From Sphagnum compactum (Eukaryota), in NCBI GenBank assembly GCA_965153455.1, contig OZ234494.1, forward strand, positions 248,001 to 312,000: a stretch of 64,000 nt of DNA, read 5' to 3'. The notes under the pieces are model-generated. The model worked only from the letters and a program-made list of their open reading frames with translations. It made no database searches and was not told the origin of the DNA. Position numbers and translations under genes: made by a program. Every line of letters begins with the position of its first letter. The first letter of the stretch is position 1. Below are positions 1 through 11,906 of this stretch, in pieces.

Positions 1-240
1 GATGGAGGTGACCAGCAAACCAAGGATGAAGTAAGTAGAGTCATGATTGGCATTCTTGACAGATGACTTCAAAAAATCATCTGGCATTACAGTTCTTGAG
101 AGAGATTGAGGCTGGTCCCTTTGCCTTTGTTGAATGAGGCTGCTGAACACAAGCTTGTGCATTAATTTGGACACTTATCACTGGGTGCGCTGGTGGTGAG
201 TAGGCAAACTTGAGAGATCGTGTTGAGGAGTTGAACAAAG

Positions 241-287
241 GTTTAGGGTTTAGGGTTTAGGGTTTTAGGGTAAAATCCTAAACCCTA
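241..287. repeat. Interstitial telomere-type repeats (TTTAGGG)n folded back as a hairpin
   Basis: gtttagggtttagggtttagggttttaggg is followed by taaaatcctaaacccta; 251-267 and 271-287 are reverse complements (16/17). Confidence 0.85.
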
Positions 288-1786
288 GTGAAAGTAGTGA
301 AGTACCTTGATTTTACGGATATTTTTGTAGAGATGAGAAAATGCCTAATATATCCAGTGACTTCTCTGGATTGATTATTTCCAGATAAAACATATACAAA
401 GTTGGGCAAGAACACAAGGTATTTTGCTCAACTACAGGGTTCTCTTTCAAAGTGTAGATCATTCGTGTCATGATGTTGGCAGCCAATGTTTTGAGAAGAC
501 ATAGACAAGCTCAAAGCTGTGTGTCTAAGTACTTTCACAAGTAGCTTCCAAATTTCTGACCCAAGTGACAGTCCTCACTTATGGACTTGTAAATGTCAAT
601 TATAGGGATGGTTCTCAATTTACAGGAGAGTCAATCATATTGTGGATTGAACATATCTAGATTTCTTGGCTACAAGGTGGTGGCACATTGATTGTCATAC
701 TTGGTTGGGAATAAGTGCCACAATGTTTTTCTCTTTATTTCAGTTTGCAATATTGGATACATTGATGTCTCATGTTCAGAGCTAAACGATGTGTTGGTCA
801 TGACTGTTGGGGATCAATCAATATCTGAACTTAAAGTTCATAAAGTACACTCAGATGCTTGTGTTTCGGTGATGTTGCTGAGTCAAGTGTGATAGCACAA
901 AATTCTGGAGGGAGTTGGTTTCTTGAATTTGTTTTGAAGTTGAACAAAAGTTTTGTGTCTCTCAGAGCTGAATATCTGACATTTTTGTGAGTGACTCAAG
1001 TGCACTCAAGTGTCATGTTACCTTTCAAAGTGTTGTTGTGGAGATTTCAAAGGATTGTACAGGAAAGCCATGACAAGCCATAGCCACCTGCACTTCAAGT
1101 TGGATGGCATGGATTTCCTATGCCAGAAGAGCTTGGACCATTTATGAGCTTGGCTAGTCAGTGATTATGAGATGTGCTCTTGGCATGGTACATGATTTTC
1201 ATCTAACAGTTTGCTAACCTATGACAACAATATATGGGGATGGGTGACCCATTGTAATGTTCACTGATTTAGCACTTGCAGTATAATATTTATGCAGCTT
1301 GGAATGAGTCTTGTTGGGAAGCTGAAGTTGGCCCCTTAACTAGAGTCTGTTTTCAATGACTACAATAATTGTTCAATACCCTATGCACAGAACAATTTTT
1401 GTTGCAGTTAGTTCACTTCACTTCCACTTAGTTGAGGTTGTAAATGCAGAGAATGTACACTTTAGCAGCAAAGGCAGCAGCAGGCATGGGGACAGAGTTA
1501 TTCATCCTTCCTGAACGCATCATACAATGATGATGTTAGAACTTCCATTCATTGGAAAGCCTTCTCGAGAATCCTCAAGTTACCTTTGCTGTTGAAGATG
1601 CTCATGAAATTTACAAGTATGTTCTTTCAATCCAAATTCAACATTTCATCCATTAATTTTCATTTATAAAATTATTCTTTTTTTATACAGTGTGAACATA
1701 AACAAAAGCTACCTTCACATAGGTTGTTACATGAATACCATCTCTTTTCTTTTTCAAACATCATCATAAAACAAAAAAAAACTAAT

Positions 1787-2970
1787 GCTCACAATTCAAG
1801 GCTTTTAACATGTTTTAATAAATCCCCAATTTCATAATAATAAATTGAATTTGAATCAAAATACTATTATAAACATCAAAAGATTTATATTCATGAAACA
1901 TAATTCTTTGCAATATATACCACGGTTAGTATTGTAATGCTAATGAATCTAATATTTTTAAAAATGAATTCCATGGTCTTTATTGATGTAATTATGATGA
2001 TGTCCATCATGCCATATGTTTTGATGATTTGTGATTTGTTTTCATTTTACTTGATATGAAGCTCACAATTCAAAGCTTTTAACATGCTTTTATAAACCTC
2101 TGATTTCATAATAATAAATTGAATTTGAATCAAAAGACTATTATAAACATCAAGAAATTTATATCCATAAAACAAAATTCATATTTTCTATAAACCTTTG
2201 CAATATATAACATGGTTAGTATTCTAATGCTAATGAATTTGATATTTTAAAACAATGAATTCCATGATCTTTATTGATGTAACAATGATGATGTTTATTG
2301 GGGTGAAAGCATGGTAAAATAGACAGAAAAAATAGTGATTTCCAAAGCAATCAAAAAATGGTCCAATTTTTTACAAAAGTAGAAGAATGTAGATTAAAAA
2401 TAATTGAAAATAACATAATAAAGGCATGGTGCCTTTCTTTGAGTTTATAATGAGGTGATTACAAAATTTGTGAAACTTTAGCACAATAAAAATAGATAAC
2501 AAGTATGTTTGAAAATGACTTGTTAAATTGAGTTCCAAACATACTTTTCCATTAGAAGTTTGATGTGTTCTACTATAATATTTAAATGTTGAGAACTTAC
2601 AAGTACATTTTTTAGGGCTACATCGTGTTAAAAATGGAGAATATTCAATAATTCATTTACTTTCACCTATTTGTACAAGTTTTGACAGCTAAAAAAAATA
2701 GAAAAAATATATATAACTTTTTTAGAACCTACTTGAATGCATATTAGATATGTGATTAATCAACATCATTATGATAAAATTAAAGATTATTTTCATGTTA
2801 ATCATTAAATTAAAAAATATGTTTACTTTCAATACATTAAAACTTGTTTATAGCTATTTTAATTTTTTTGGTGACAAGGATAAAAAATTGTCTACTTTAC
2901 CATGCTTTCACCCATTGTGCAATATGTTTTGATGATTTGTGATTTGTTTTCATTTGTATTTGATACATAG
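1787..2970 (+). repeat. Tandem duplication of a ~275-bp unit (1787-2060; 2062-2300 plus 2914-2970), second unit split by a MITE
   Basis: Both units begin gctcacaattcaa(a/g)gcttttaacatg and share aatatgttttgatgatttgtgatttgtt. Confidence 0.85.
2301..2913. mobile_element. 613-bp non-autonomous TIR element (MITE) with 25-bp TIRs and 4-bp TSD ATTG; Sola-like
   Basis: TIRs gggtgaaagcatggtaaaatagaca / tgtctactttaccatgctttcaccc (24/25); ATTG at 2297-2300 and 2914-2917; empty site in the upstream tandem unit. The superfamily is inferred from the GRG end and 4-bp TSD. Confidence 0.9.
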
Positions 2971-5017
2971 GTTTGAACCTCCAATATTGATCAATATCAA
3001 AGTGACAAACTCAATCAAATCATAATCTTCAATCATTTCCATGAACAAGGTGTACCTTTTGATGTCTTAAAACATTTCAACCTACATCAAACATGGAATC
3101 TTTTAAACTTTTGAAACTATTTTTCAACGCATTAACAAATTAAATTAAAAAGGCATGTCAATATGAACAAATATGAAACTACAACCCCTAACACTTGCAA
3201 TTTCAAATGTTGATTTTAACTTATGTTTATTTCATTATGTAGGAATTTGATATTCATTCCACATTATATGATTAATATGCAAAACATGATTATCACATCA
3301 TTAATATAAAGGAATTAGAATGGTTCACACTTCATAAAGGTTCCAACTACCATAGCACATTAATTAACCCTCAGACTAAAAAGGCAACATTTTCCCTATT
3401 CATAGGAGTTGTAGGATCATGTTGGTTGGGGGAAAAAGGAAATTTTAACAAAGTTTCTTTTGAAAACACATACGTTGATTCAACATTTTCAATCATCTTG
3501 GAAGGTTCCAAGTCCATTAAAGATTGCAAAGAAAGCTGTCACAATGGAGTGAGTATTGGACCAAAAAATGCATTGACTTGACTTGGTATGAAAGTCGGAA
3601 TTTGATATTTTTTTGTTGAATATTAAATCGGAAGCAACAACATCAAAATCAACATAATTTGCATGTAAAAATTTACAAATTACAAATGAATTAGAAAAGT
3701 TATAAAATTTAAATACAATTGAAGTTTTTGACAAAGAAAACAAACTCATTGTTGGTGCTTCCATTTCCGGGGGGAGCTTCGTATTAGTGAAATGTTACAT
3801 CAAATATTGGAGAAATTACTTCAAAACGTCATGGGTTAACCCTATAATTAGCTGCCATAAAATAACTAATCAAAGGCAAATTGATTATCAAAGACAATTA
3901 CAACTCTCATAGGTTCATCATATAGATCAATTTATGAACATTGGATGGACATAATATTATTTTGTCATAATGTTTCAATTTAAATGAAATAAAAGCAAAA
4001 TACTTTGTTCACCAAATCGTCATTCCATATCAAACATCACATCTATCATCAATTTAATCATTCATTATCACAATTAACATATTTTGACAATTCATGCCAT
4101 AAATTGTGAATTTATTAAGAAGAAATACAACATAATATTATCACATAATTAATTACTATATCTCCAACCTTGAAAAAATTATAAATATTTTCATAACAAC
4201 ATTTCAAATTCAAAAATATATATAACAAAAAGAAAAAATATATATATCAAAATGGAAAGGAGGATAAAAATTCAAAAATAGATAAACAACAATTTAAAAA
4301 CATCAAACATGATATGAATAACATAACAAAATATGTCTCCAAGATGTAGAAAAAAAAATGTCATGATAATACAACTCAACACCAACCCGATCAAAACAAA
4401 AGAAGAAGATAAATATATGAACACACAAAGGATTATTTAAATGCCAAAAAATGAAAATGAAGACCAAAAAAAGGGCAAAAAGACATTCAAAACAATAAAA
4501 TATTAAACCAAGAATATGAAACATCAAAGATTCTCCCTTGGGTTTCAAGATGTAATGACAAAAAAAATCATATTATTCATACATCAACTCAACATCAACT
4601 TGATAATAACATCCATGTACCATTAAACCATAACAAAAATCAAGACTATGATGAAAATTTTTTAAAAAGAAAATTGTGATGAAGATCATGCAACAAAACA
4701 ACTTGCAAAAAACAAAATAAGAAGATAAATTATTGAAAAATCTATTATTTTTAAAAAAACATAAATATTGGAAAAAAAAAATGAACATAAAACATCATTT
4801 GAACAATTCAACAAATGATGAATTTCATATGCAAACACCGAACACTTTTCCACCGCAAATTCACACCCAAAACAACATATCATGTTTTAAACAATTTAAT
4901 GAATTTCTTAAAACAATTATTTTTTAATTTGGTTGTTGTTATGTCTATAATGTAAAGAAATATAAACATGAATTTCAAACATGTAAAACAACAAATCTAA
5001 ACACAAATATTAAAAAT

Positions 5018-7420
5018 ATGAATATTCTATTCAAATTCAATCCAAAACATTATTGGCAAAATAAAGTTGGAATCATTCCAAAAGAATTATTAAACGACAC
5101 AAAACATATGCATTTGGAATTACAAGGATTACTATTTACAAGGGAAGGTATTTCATCAACTGAAATTTTTATATGTAAATATTGTTGTAATTGTTTGCTC
5201 AATATTAAAATGTCAAAACTTGCATTAGCTAATGGACTATGGATTGGAATTGCATGTTATCATTGCTGAACCATATTAATTAAATTAAGGTATTCAAACA
5301 AAGGGGAAAAAATAGGCCAACATGCATTAAAAGGAAATGTAATTAAGTTTTCACAAGATCTTGAAAATGTTGTAAAAATTTTAGACATATTGTCATCGTC
5401 ATTGGAATCATTGTCTGACATTGATGTAATTCATTTCGTTGGCAACATGAACCCCCCCATAAAATTTGTAAAAATGTGCAAACTTTTGTATGTACGAAAA
5501 TTTGCCATATTTAGTTCAATTGGTTGAAATCTAATCATGTTGGGTAAAAAGAAATAATAATGAATACACATATTATAAAGTCTCCTGCCTCATAATAACA
5601 TACCATAACCCATAATAAGGTCAATATTTCAATCACTAAATATTTATCTTATATATGCAAAACATCATACAAACATAATAGATGTACATGAAGAAAAAAA
5701 TGTCAATGAGAATGAAAATGTCATTGAGACATCCAGATTAATAGATTTTGATGGAATCGATATAAATCAACATGAACATATGACTAATGCATATAAAAAT
5801 TTACAAAAACATTGATATTTATCATATAAACATATGTCTAAAATGATCAATGAATACAATAACCCAAATTTAATGTTTCCCACACTATTTCCTTTTGGAA
5901 TTGGTGTTCCCCAAATGGCAAATAGAGTTGTCAAAGTATCACTACAAATACATGTCAAACACCTTTTAATTTTAGATGAAGTTAAATATGCATTTTCAAA
6001 AAACCATTTATTTCCATTCTTTGTATATAACATAATACAACATAGACAAATATGTCTTGGGGCAAAATTAACAACATCAAATAAATAAAACTTTTTGAAT
6101 AAATTACAAACCATAGATTTTGATGACATCTTAAAAAACCCAAAAAATATTAAAGGGAATTCAAACATACTCAGTTTATTACGACATTGAAAAGTTTTTA
6201 GGAAACATGTTATGGCTTTTAGTAGTAGTCGAACAATGCAAAGAAACCAAATATTTAGTACAATAAATTTCATTGGAACACTAATTTATTTTTCACTTTA
6301 GATACAACATTTGTCCATCATCCTTTAGTTGTTTTTTAAAGTGGGCAAAACATCAATCTTGATTTATTCCATTACACAAAAGTGTTAACAAAAAATGAAA
6401 GGAGTAAACAAATAGCCATGAATCCAAAAGCCCAAGCAATATTTGTGCACATATTTGTTGATGCAATTTTTACATACATCTTACAAGTGAAAGACAAAAA
6501 ACATTTATAATAAACAATAAAATTGGTGTGCTCAGTCATATCAAAACTTATTACGGATGTTATGAAACAGCCAAAAATGGAAGCTTGCATATACATTCAT
6601 TGTTGTGACTCGATGACTCACTAGATCTTAATATACTTGTACAAATGTTATGTGATAATGAAGGTTTTTGAAAACACATGATTGATTATTTAAACAACAT
6701 CATCACTAAAAACATGGAACAAAATAAATCAATTTCAAAGATGACACACATAAATGATGAAATTCAACACATACATCCATGTACCACAAGACCATTTAAC
6801 CTAGGTATGAATGTTTTCGAGGAGCTATTTAGAAATGATGTGTGTAATTTAATTAATGTATGTAATCAACATGTATGCAACCCAACTTATTATAAAACAA
6901 ATGTTGACACTTTAAAAAAACTATATAGATACAATTCCCCTTAGCTTTTAATTAATGAAACTCATTTTGATAATGAAACAAAACTTTTCCACATTAAAAG
7001 AATTGATAAATGGTTAAACAATGTAAATGCATGGATACTATCAACGTTTAAATGTAATCATGATCTGAAGTTCATAACAACATTGGGTAAATATAACAAA
7101 TCTTTAATTTATTATATTATAGACTACATAACAAAAACATCAATCTATATTATGCCTATGTATTCTCTTTTACAAATAACAGTACAAAAAAATCTACAAT
7201 TATTGAAAATACAAATTTGTATGACCCGATTGAGAAAAGTCAACATTTGATCATTATATGTTTGAACACAATTGGAAGTCAACAAAAAATATCAACCACA
7301 AGAGTAGTATGTTATTTGTTGAATCTGCCACATCACATAATTGATTATGATTTCACTTATATATTTGGGTACAATTTATCAGCTTGGGTAAAAGAAAATG
7401 AAGAAAAATTGTAAAACATC
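5018..7420 (+). pseudogene. Helitron Rep (DUF6570 + Helitron_like_N + HUH/Y2 motifs), fragmented
   Basis: ORF pieces 5018-5269, 5834-6088, 6678-6944 and 7217-7414, plus hand-translated HUH and YxxxY motifs; TGG>TGA stop just after the HUH motif. Confidence 0.8.
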
Positions 7421-8391
7421 CATATTGAAAAAAAAACATTGATAATAGTTTTGAAACATTTACAGTTGCAAAAACTTCATCAACTATGTAATACATCATG
7501 CACAATTTTCATACAGACTACCAACAAAAACCTAATATATTTGAATCTTTTATCTCCATATGAATTTTCTAGCAAGGTTAATAAAATAAATAACACACAT
7601 TGCAATCGATTTCATCAAAATCACCTTCAATATGACACTCATAGTTTAAATGAATATAAAATACCTAAGATACCAATAATTCAAAATTATATGATACCAT
7701 CACAAATAAATTACCTTGAAAATTACGCCAGGTATTCTATTTTTTTCATGGTGGACATTGTTCAACATCAAAAAAGATTTCACAACAACTTGAGATGTAA
7801 CATTAAAAACTTCATATTCAGCATTTTCTGATTTTACAAAAGAAAAAATTAAACACATCAATATCTTACATGAATGCAAAGAATCAAGAAACGTTGATCA
7901 TTTATTAAAAACTTTAATTGAAAACAACATTGATGAAGACAATAAAAATGCTATATTAAATCACCCACTTTATGATGATGAACTCAAAAGCACGATAAAA
8001 GAAAACATTGATAACATATGAGTCCAACAAAATGATGTAAAAAAAGAAAACAACCATGAAAACATAGAAATAAAGTACATGTTCTGTAATGCGAGCACAA
8101 CATGTTATGTCTTTGAAATAACTTACACCCTAGAATTTATGAAAAATTAAAAAAAAATCAACACATTCAAAAGTATGATATGGATACCATGATAGAAAAT
8201 CAAAACAATAATAAAGAATGGACTCATATGTTAAATGATTTACAAAGAAACAAACTTGATACACCAATGTTAGAATTTCAAAATCCATATTGTTAAAAAA
8301 AATATATACGCATGTAAATGATAATTCACAACCACTTTAAATACGTGAATTATTCGATGTCCAAACAAAAATAGATTCCTTATACAACAAC

Positions 8392-9070
8392 ATGAAAAAT
8401 TTGATATCTAATAACAAAAATATTTATTCACCCATATCTTTAAAGTCTTTCATAATCGAAAAATATGATTTAAATGATCTACAACTTTCTAACTTTGAAA
8501 GATTCATTAAAATGAATTTCATTAATCAACTACTACAATACATAGGGGGTGTTGTAGGTATAGGCAAAACACAAATCATCAAAGCTATTAAAGAATGTTT
8601 TTTGAAAACAAACAAGGAGGACAAATCATGCATTATAACATACACTACAAATGTTGCTTTATTGATAGGTGGAATAACTATCCATTCTTTACTTGGTTTA
8701 TCAATTGATAAAAATACAATTATAAACAAATCCAAAACAATACCATATTGTTGGTCCAACATTCAATTTATGATAGTCAATGAAATATCAATGGCGAGTT
8801 GTACAATGCTCGTTACAATGCATTTAAAATTACAAAAATTAAATCAAGCATATTGCCATTTGGAGGATGTAATATAATGTTCATAGGAGATTTTTTACAA
8901 TTTCCACCCATCACTAACACACCATTATTTTCAACTAACATCCAACCAACTTTTACATTCACAAATTCAATGCAAAAAAAAGTCATAGGTAAAAGTATAT
9001 AGGAAAATTACATTCGCCCAAATAACATTATATTAACATAAATAATGTGACAAAACAAAGATATAAAATA
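8392..9070 (+). pseudogene. PIF1-family helicase fragment of the Helitron
   Basis: Degenerate Walker A YIGGVVGIGKTQIIKAI, A.LIGGITIHS, IVNEISM (DEISM-like), FGGCNIMFIGDFLQFPPI; frameshifted. Confidence 0.85.
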
Positions 9071-9599
9071 TGCAATTCTTTTACAAAATCTTTGAAATGA
9101 AATAATTTTAGATTTAGATTTGTTAAAACATATTTTTTCATTAATACAAATGTAAAACTTTTTGATGACCCATGGAAAATACAACCTTCATAATACCTAG
9201 AAATGAGTTATGAAATGCAAATAATCAACAAATGATAAACATCAACTCAATAGAATCAAAACAAAAATGTTATATTATAATGGCCACTAACACTAACTTC
9301 CTTGGATGGACTCATAATATTAAAAGATATATCTATAGAAGACATATGTAAAGCCAAATTCAAAAAGGGTCATCAAAGATGACAAACCCTCTTTTAGACC
9401 AACAGAATATCAATACAAAACCAACAAAGATATTGAAATTCCTATGGATTCAAATATTGACCCTAAAAAAGATGATGATAATTTATTACATAACAAAGAA
9501 ACCAAAAACAATTTGCGATATCAAATGATTTAGAAAAAGACTTCAATGAGTATGATAACATTGATTATTCGATTGAAGATTTCCAATCAATTAAAGTAG

Positions 9600-10129
9600 A
9601 TGAGAGTATCCTTCTTGACTCCAACGGATGGCTAAATGACCATTATCTAAGAAGTGCTATGCAAATATTGTATGTTGAAAAATTACAATCATTAGGATAT
9701 GAACAACATACATATGCAATTGTAGGAAAAAAATGTACATGTGTCCAAAAATGTCTTCAACACATATTCATAAACAACGATCATTGGATATTAGTAAAAA
9801 TCCACGTGTCAACTCCTAATTTACATTATAAAATATACGATTCACATATGCCAATGATGAAAAAGTTACCTAGCGACACAATCCAATTATTATGCAAACC
9901 TATAAATGTGAGCAACTTGTTATGCACAAATGCAAATGTAATGCAACAAATAGACAACTCATCATGTGGTGTTTTCACAATAGCATATGCAACAAACATT
10001 GCATTTGGATTTGATCCTCAAAAGTCTCAATATGTTTTGACACAAATGCAAAAAAACTTACAAAACTCCATAAACAACACCATAAACAATAGATACATCT
10101 TTCCCTTCCCAAAATATGAATTAATATGA
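9600..10129 (+). pseudogene. Ulp1/C48 (SUMO-protease-like) cysteine peptidase domain carried by the Helitron
   Basis: WLND (9628), NNDHWILV (His), IYDS (Asp), QQIDNSSCGVF (oxyanion Gln and catalytic Cys) in an open frame to 10129. Confidence 0.75.
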
Positions 10130-11906
10130 CATATATATCCTTTTTTTTAAAAACAATTATTCGTCACTGGTAGAGTGAAGTAGCATGGAGCCCAAGTATG
10201 AGATATACAAGGTACTTGCCTGAGACATTTTGGCTTCATAGGAATGCCATGCTTGTTATTGGCTTTTAAAAAAATTCATTAAACAGGCCTGATTCCTGAT
10301 TTTTTTAAGCAAGGGAGGTGGTCAGTATCTATGTGATTATGTACAGTTTTCAAATGTCTTCAAAGCACAAGATTCTATTGGGCAGGGATTAGATACATCC
10401 ATGTATTCTTGTACTCAGTGCAAGCTCGAGACAGAACTCTACAACATTTTCCACCTGGTGATCATTTCAAGGACAGATGCAAGAGGTATCTGGTTGGCTC
10501 CGCATTCCTTGATATTGGAGAAGTAATGTTATGGAGCAGATCCTGGTGATACAACCATGTCTCCATTTCCATCATGTTGCTTGAGACTACAGTCCAAAAG
10601 CCAAATTTGTGTCCAATGGCTGTGAAAAAGTACTCAAGCTAACTTAGTTCTATGAGCTTGATAGGTGCTCAAATTGGATATCAGGACCAACTAACACAGG
10701 CGGAAACTAGGCCAAGTGAGAGTCCCACAAAGGAATGTGGAGAAAATATATCAGGTCCCTCATTTGCAGGAGTAAAATGCCCATAAGCACTTACTGTCCT
10801 ATCAAAACTGTACAGTCAGATACACCTGTAGATCAAAGTAGATCATTAGGAAATATTGACTAAATAGGAAGTGAGGACATTCAATATACGAAGCCTTGCT
10901 TGCAACCTCATTTGAGCCTTGTTTGAGGAGCATTGATGGCTTGAGTGGTTGGATTGTATGGCCATGTATTGCAATTAAAATCCTGCTTAGTATAGGCCCA
11001 AATGTTACTCGAGGTAATACTTGTGCTATTAACTGGCAAAGGGATCTGCAGGAAATCCAGGTAGGCTATTTAAAAGAACTGCCTCCAGACTTCTCAGACG
11101 TTGAAGTAGTCTGTTCAGGGTGTCCTGCAATACAATGTAGCAATGTTACTGCAAGTGGGTCTGGACAATGATGAAAACTAGTTTTACTGGTTGTGGGTCT
11201 CAACAAAAATGAAAACTAGTTTGGACGATTTGGCAAGGTAGACTGTTGTGCCACCACCTTTACCCACCACAGAAGTTTCCACTGTTGTTGCATTTAGTTT
11301 CTTTCATGTGGTCTGTGACTAGAGTGTCTGGATGGAGATTCCCTCAGAAATACCAGCACACCTAGCGGTGGGTTGATTGTATGTGCACGTATGTGTGTGC
11401 AAGTGGGTTGATTGCACAAGGGTTAATTTCACTACAGCATTCAATCCACCTGTCCTCTCCCTCTAGACATTGTATCTGCCCTGCAAATAGCAATGAGACA
11501 GTATACCTTGAGTTTCTTGGTGAGGAAGTCCTGCAGTGAAAATTGCAGAATGATTTAGGAAAAGGGCAAAACTACACATCAATGTCAAGTGGCAGATTGT
11601 TGGGTTTTGGGGTTGTTGACATTGAGAGTTCAGAAATTTCCTCCAATATTTAGCTGCGATTAGTTCTTCAGGTTAGATGAGAATATCTTGCATATTGAAT
11701 AGTGTTTTGCAATGTGCCCAGAAGGCAAATACTGCCTGCTTGGTCAGTGATGGATAAACTTTAATGTCATATATTTTCCCCCAAACTACTTGGAACCTCC
11801 TAAGTTTCGAAACTTCTGGATTGAGCTGTAATTGATCCATGTCTTTCATTGCAGATGTACAAATGGATCTTTTCTTCAAACACTCAGGTAAGCTGTGCAA
11901 ACCACA

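Larger units (their letters stand above)
1620..10185 (+). mobile_element. Decayed autonomous Helitron-like element (HLE2/Helentron-type RepHel plus C48 protease); termini approximate
   Basis: AT-rich block carrying, in order: DUF6570-like CxxC/KLALANGLWIG (5170-5250), FPTLFPFG (5876-5900), HUH motif YYGCYETAKNGSLHIH (6549-6596), Rep motif YYIIDYITK (7110-7136), PIF1 helicase motifs, and a Ulp1-like protease. Many stops and frameshifts. Confidence 0.85.

Noticed and set aside
4303-4927. Short ORFs on both strands in AT-rich Helitron DNA
   Set aside because: Low-complexity, compositionally biased frames; not independent genes.
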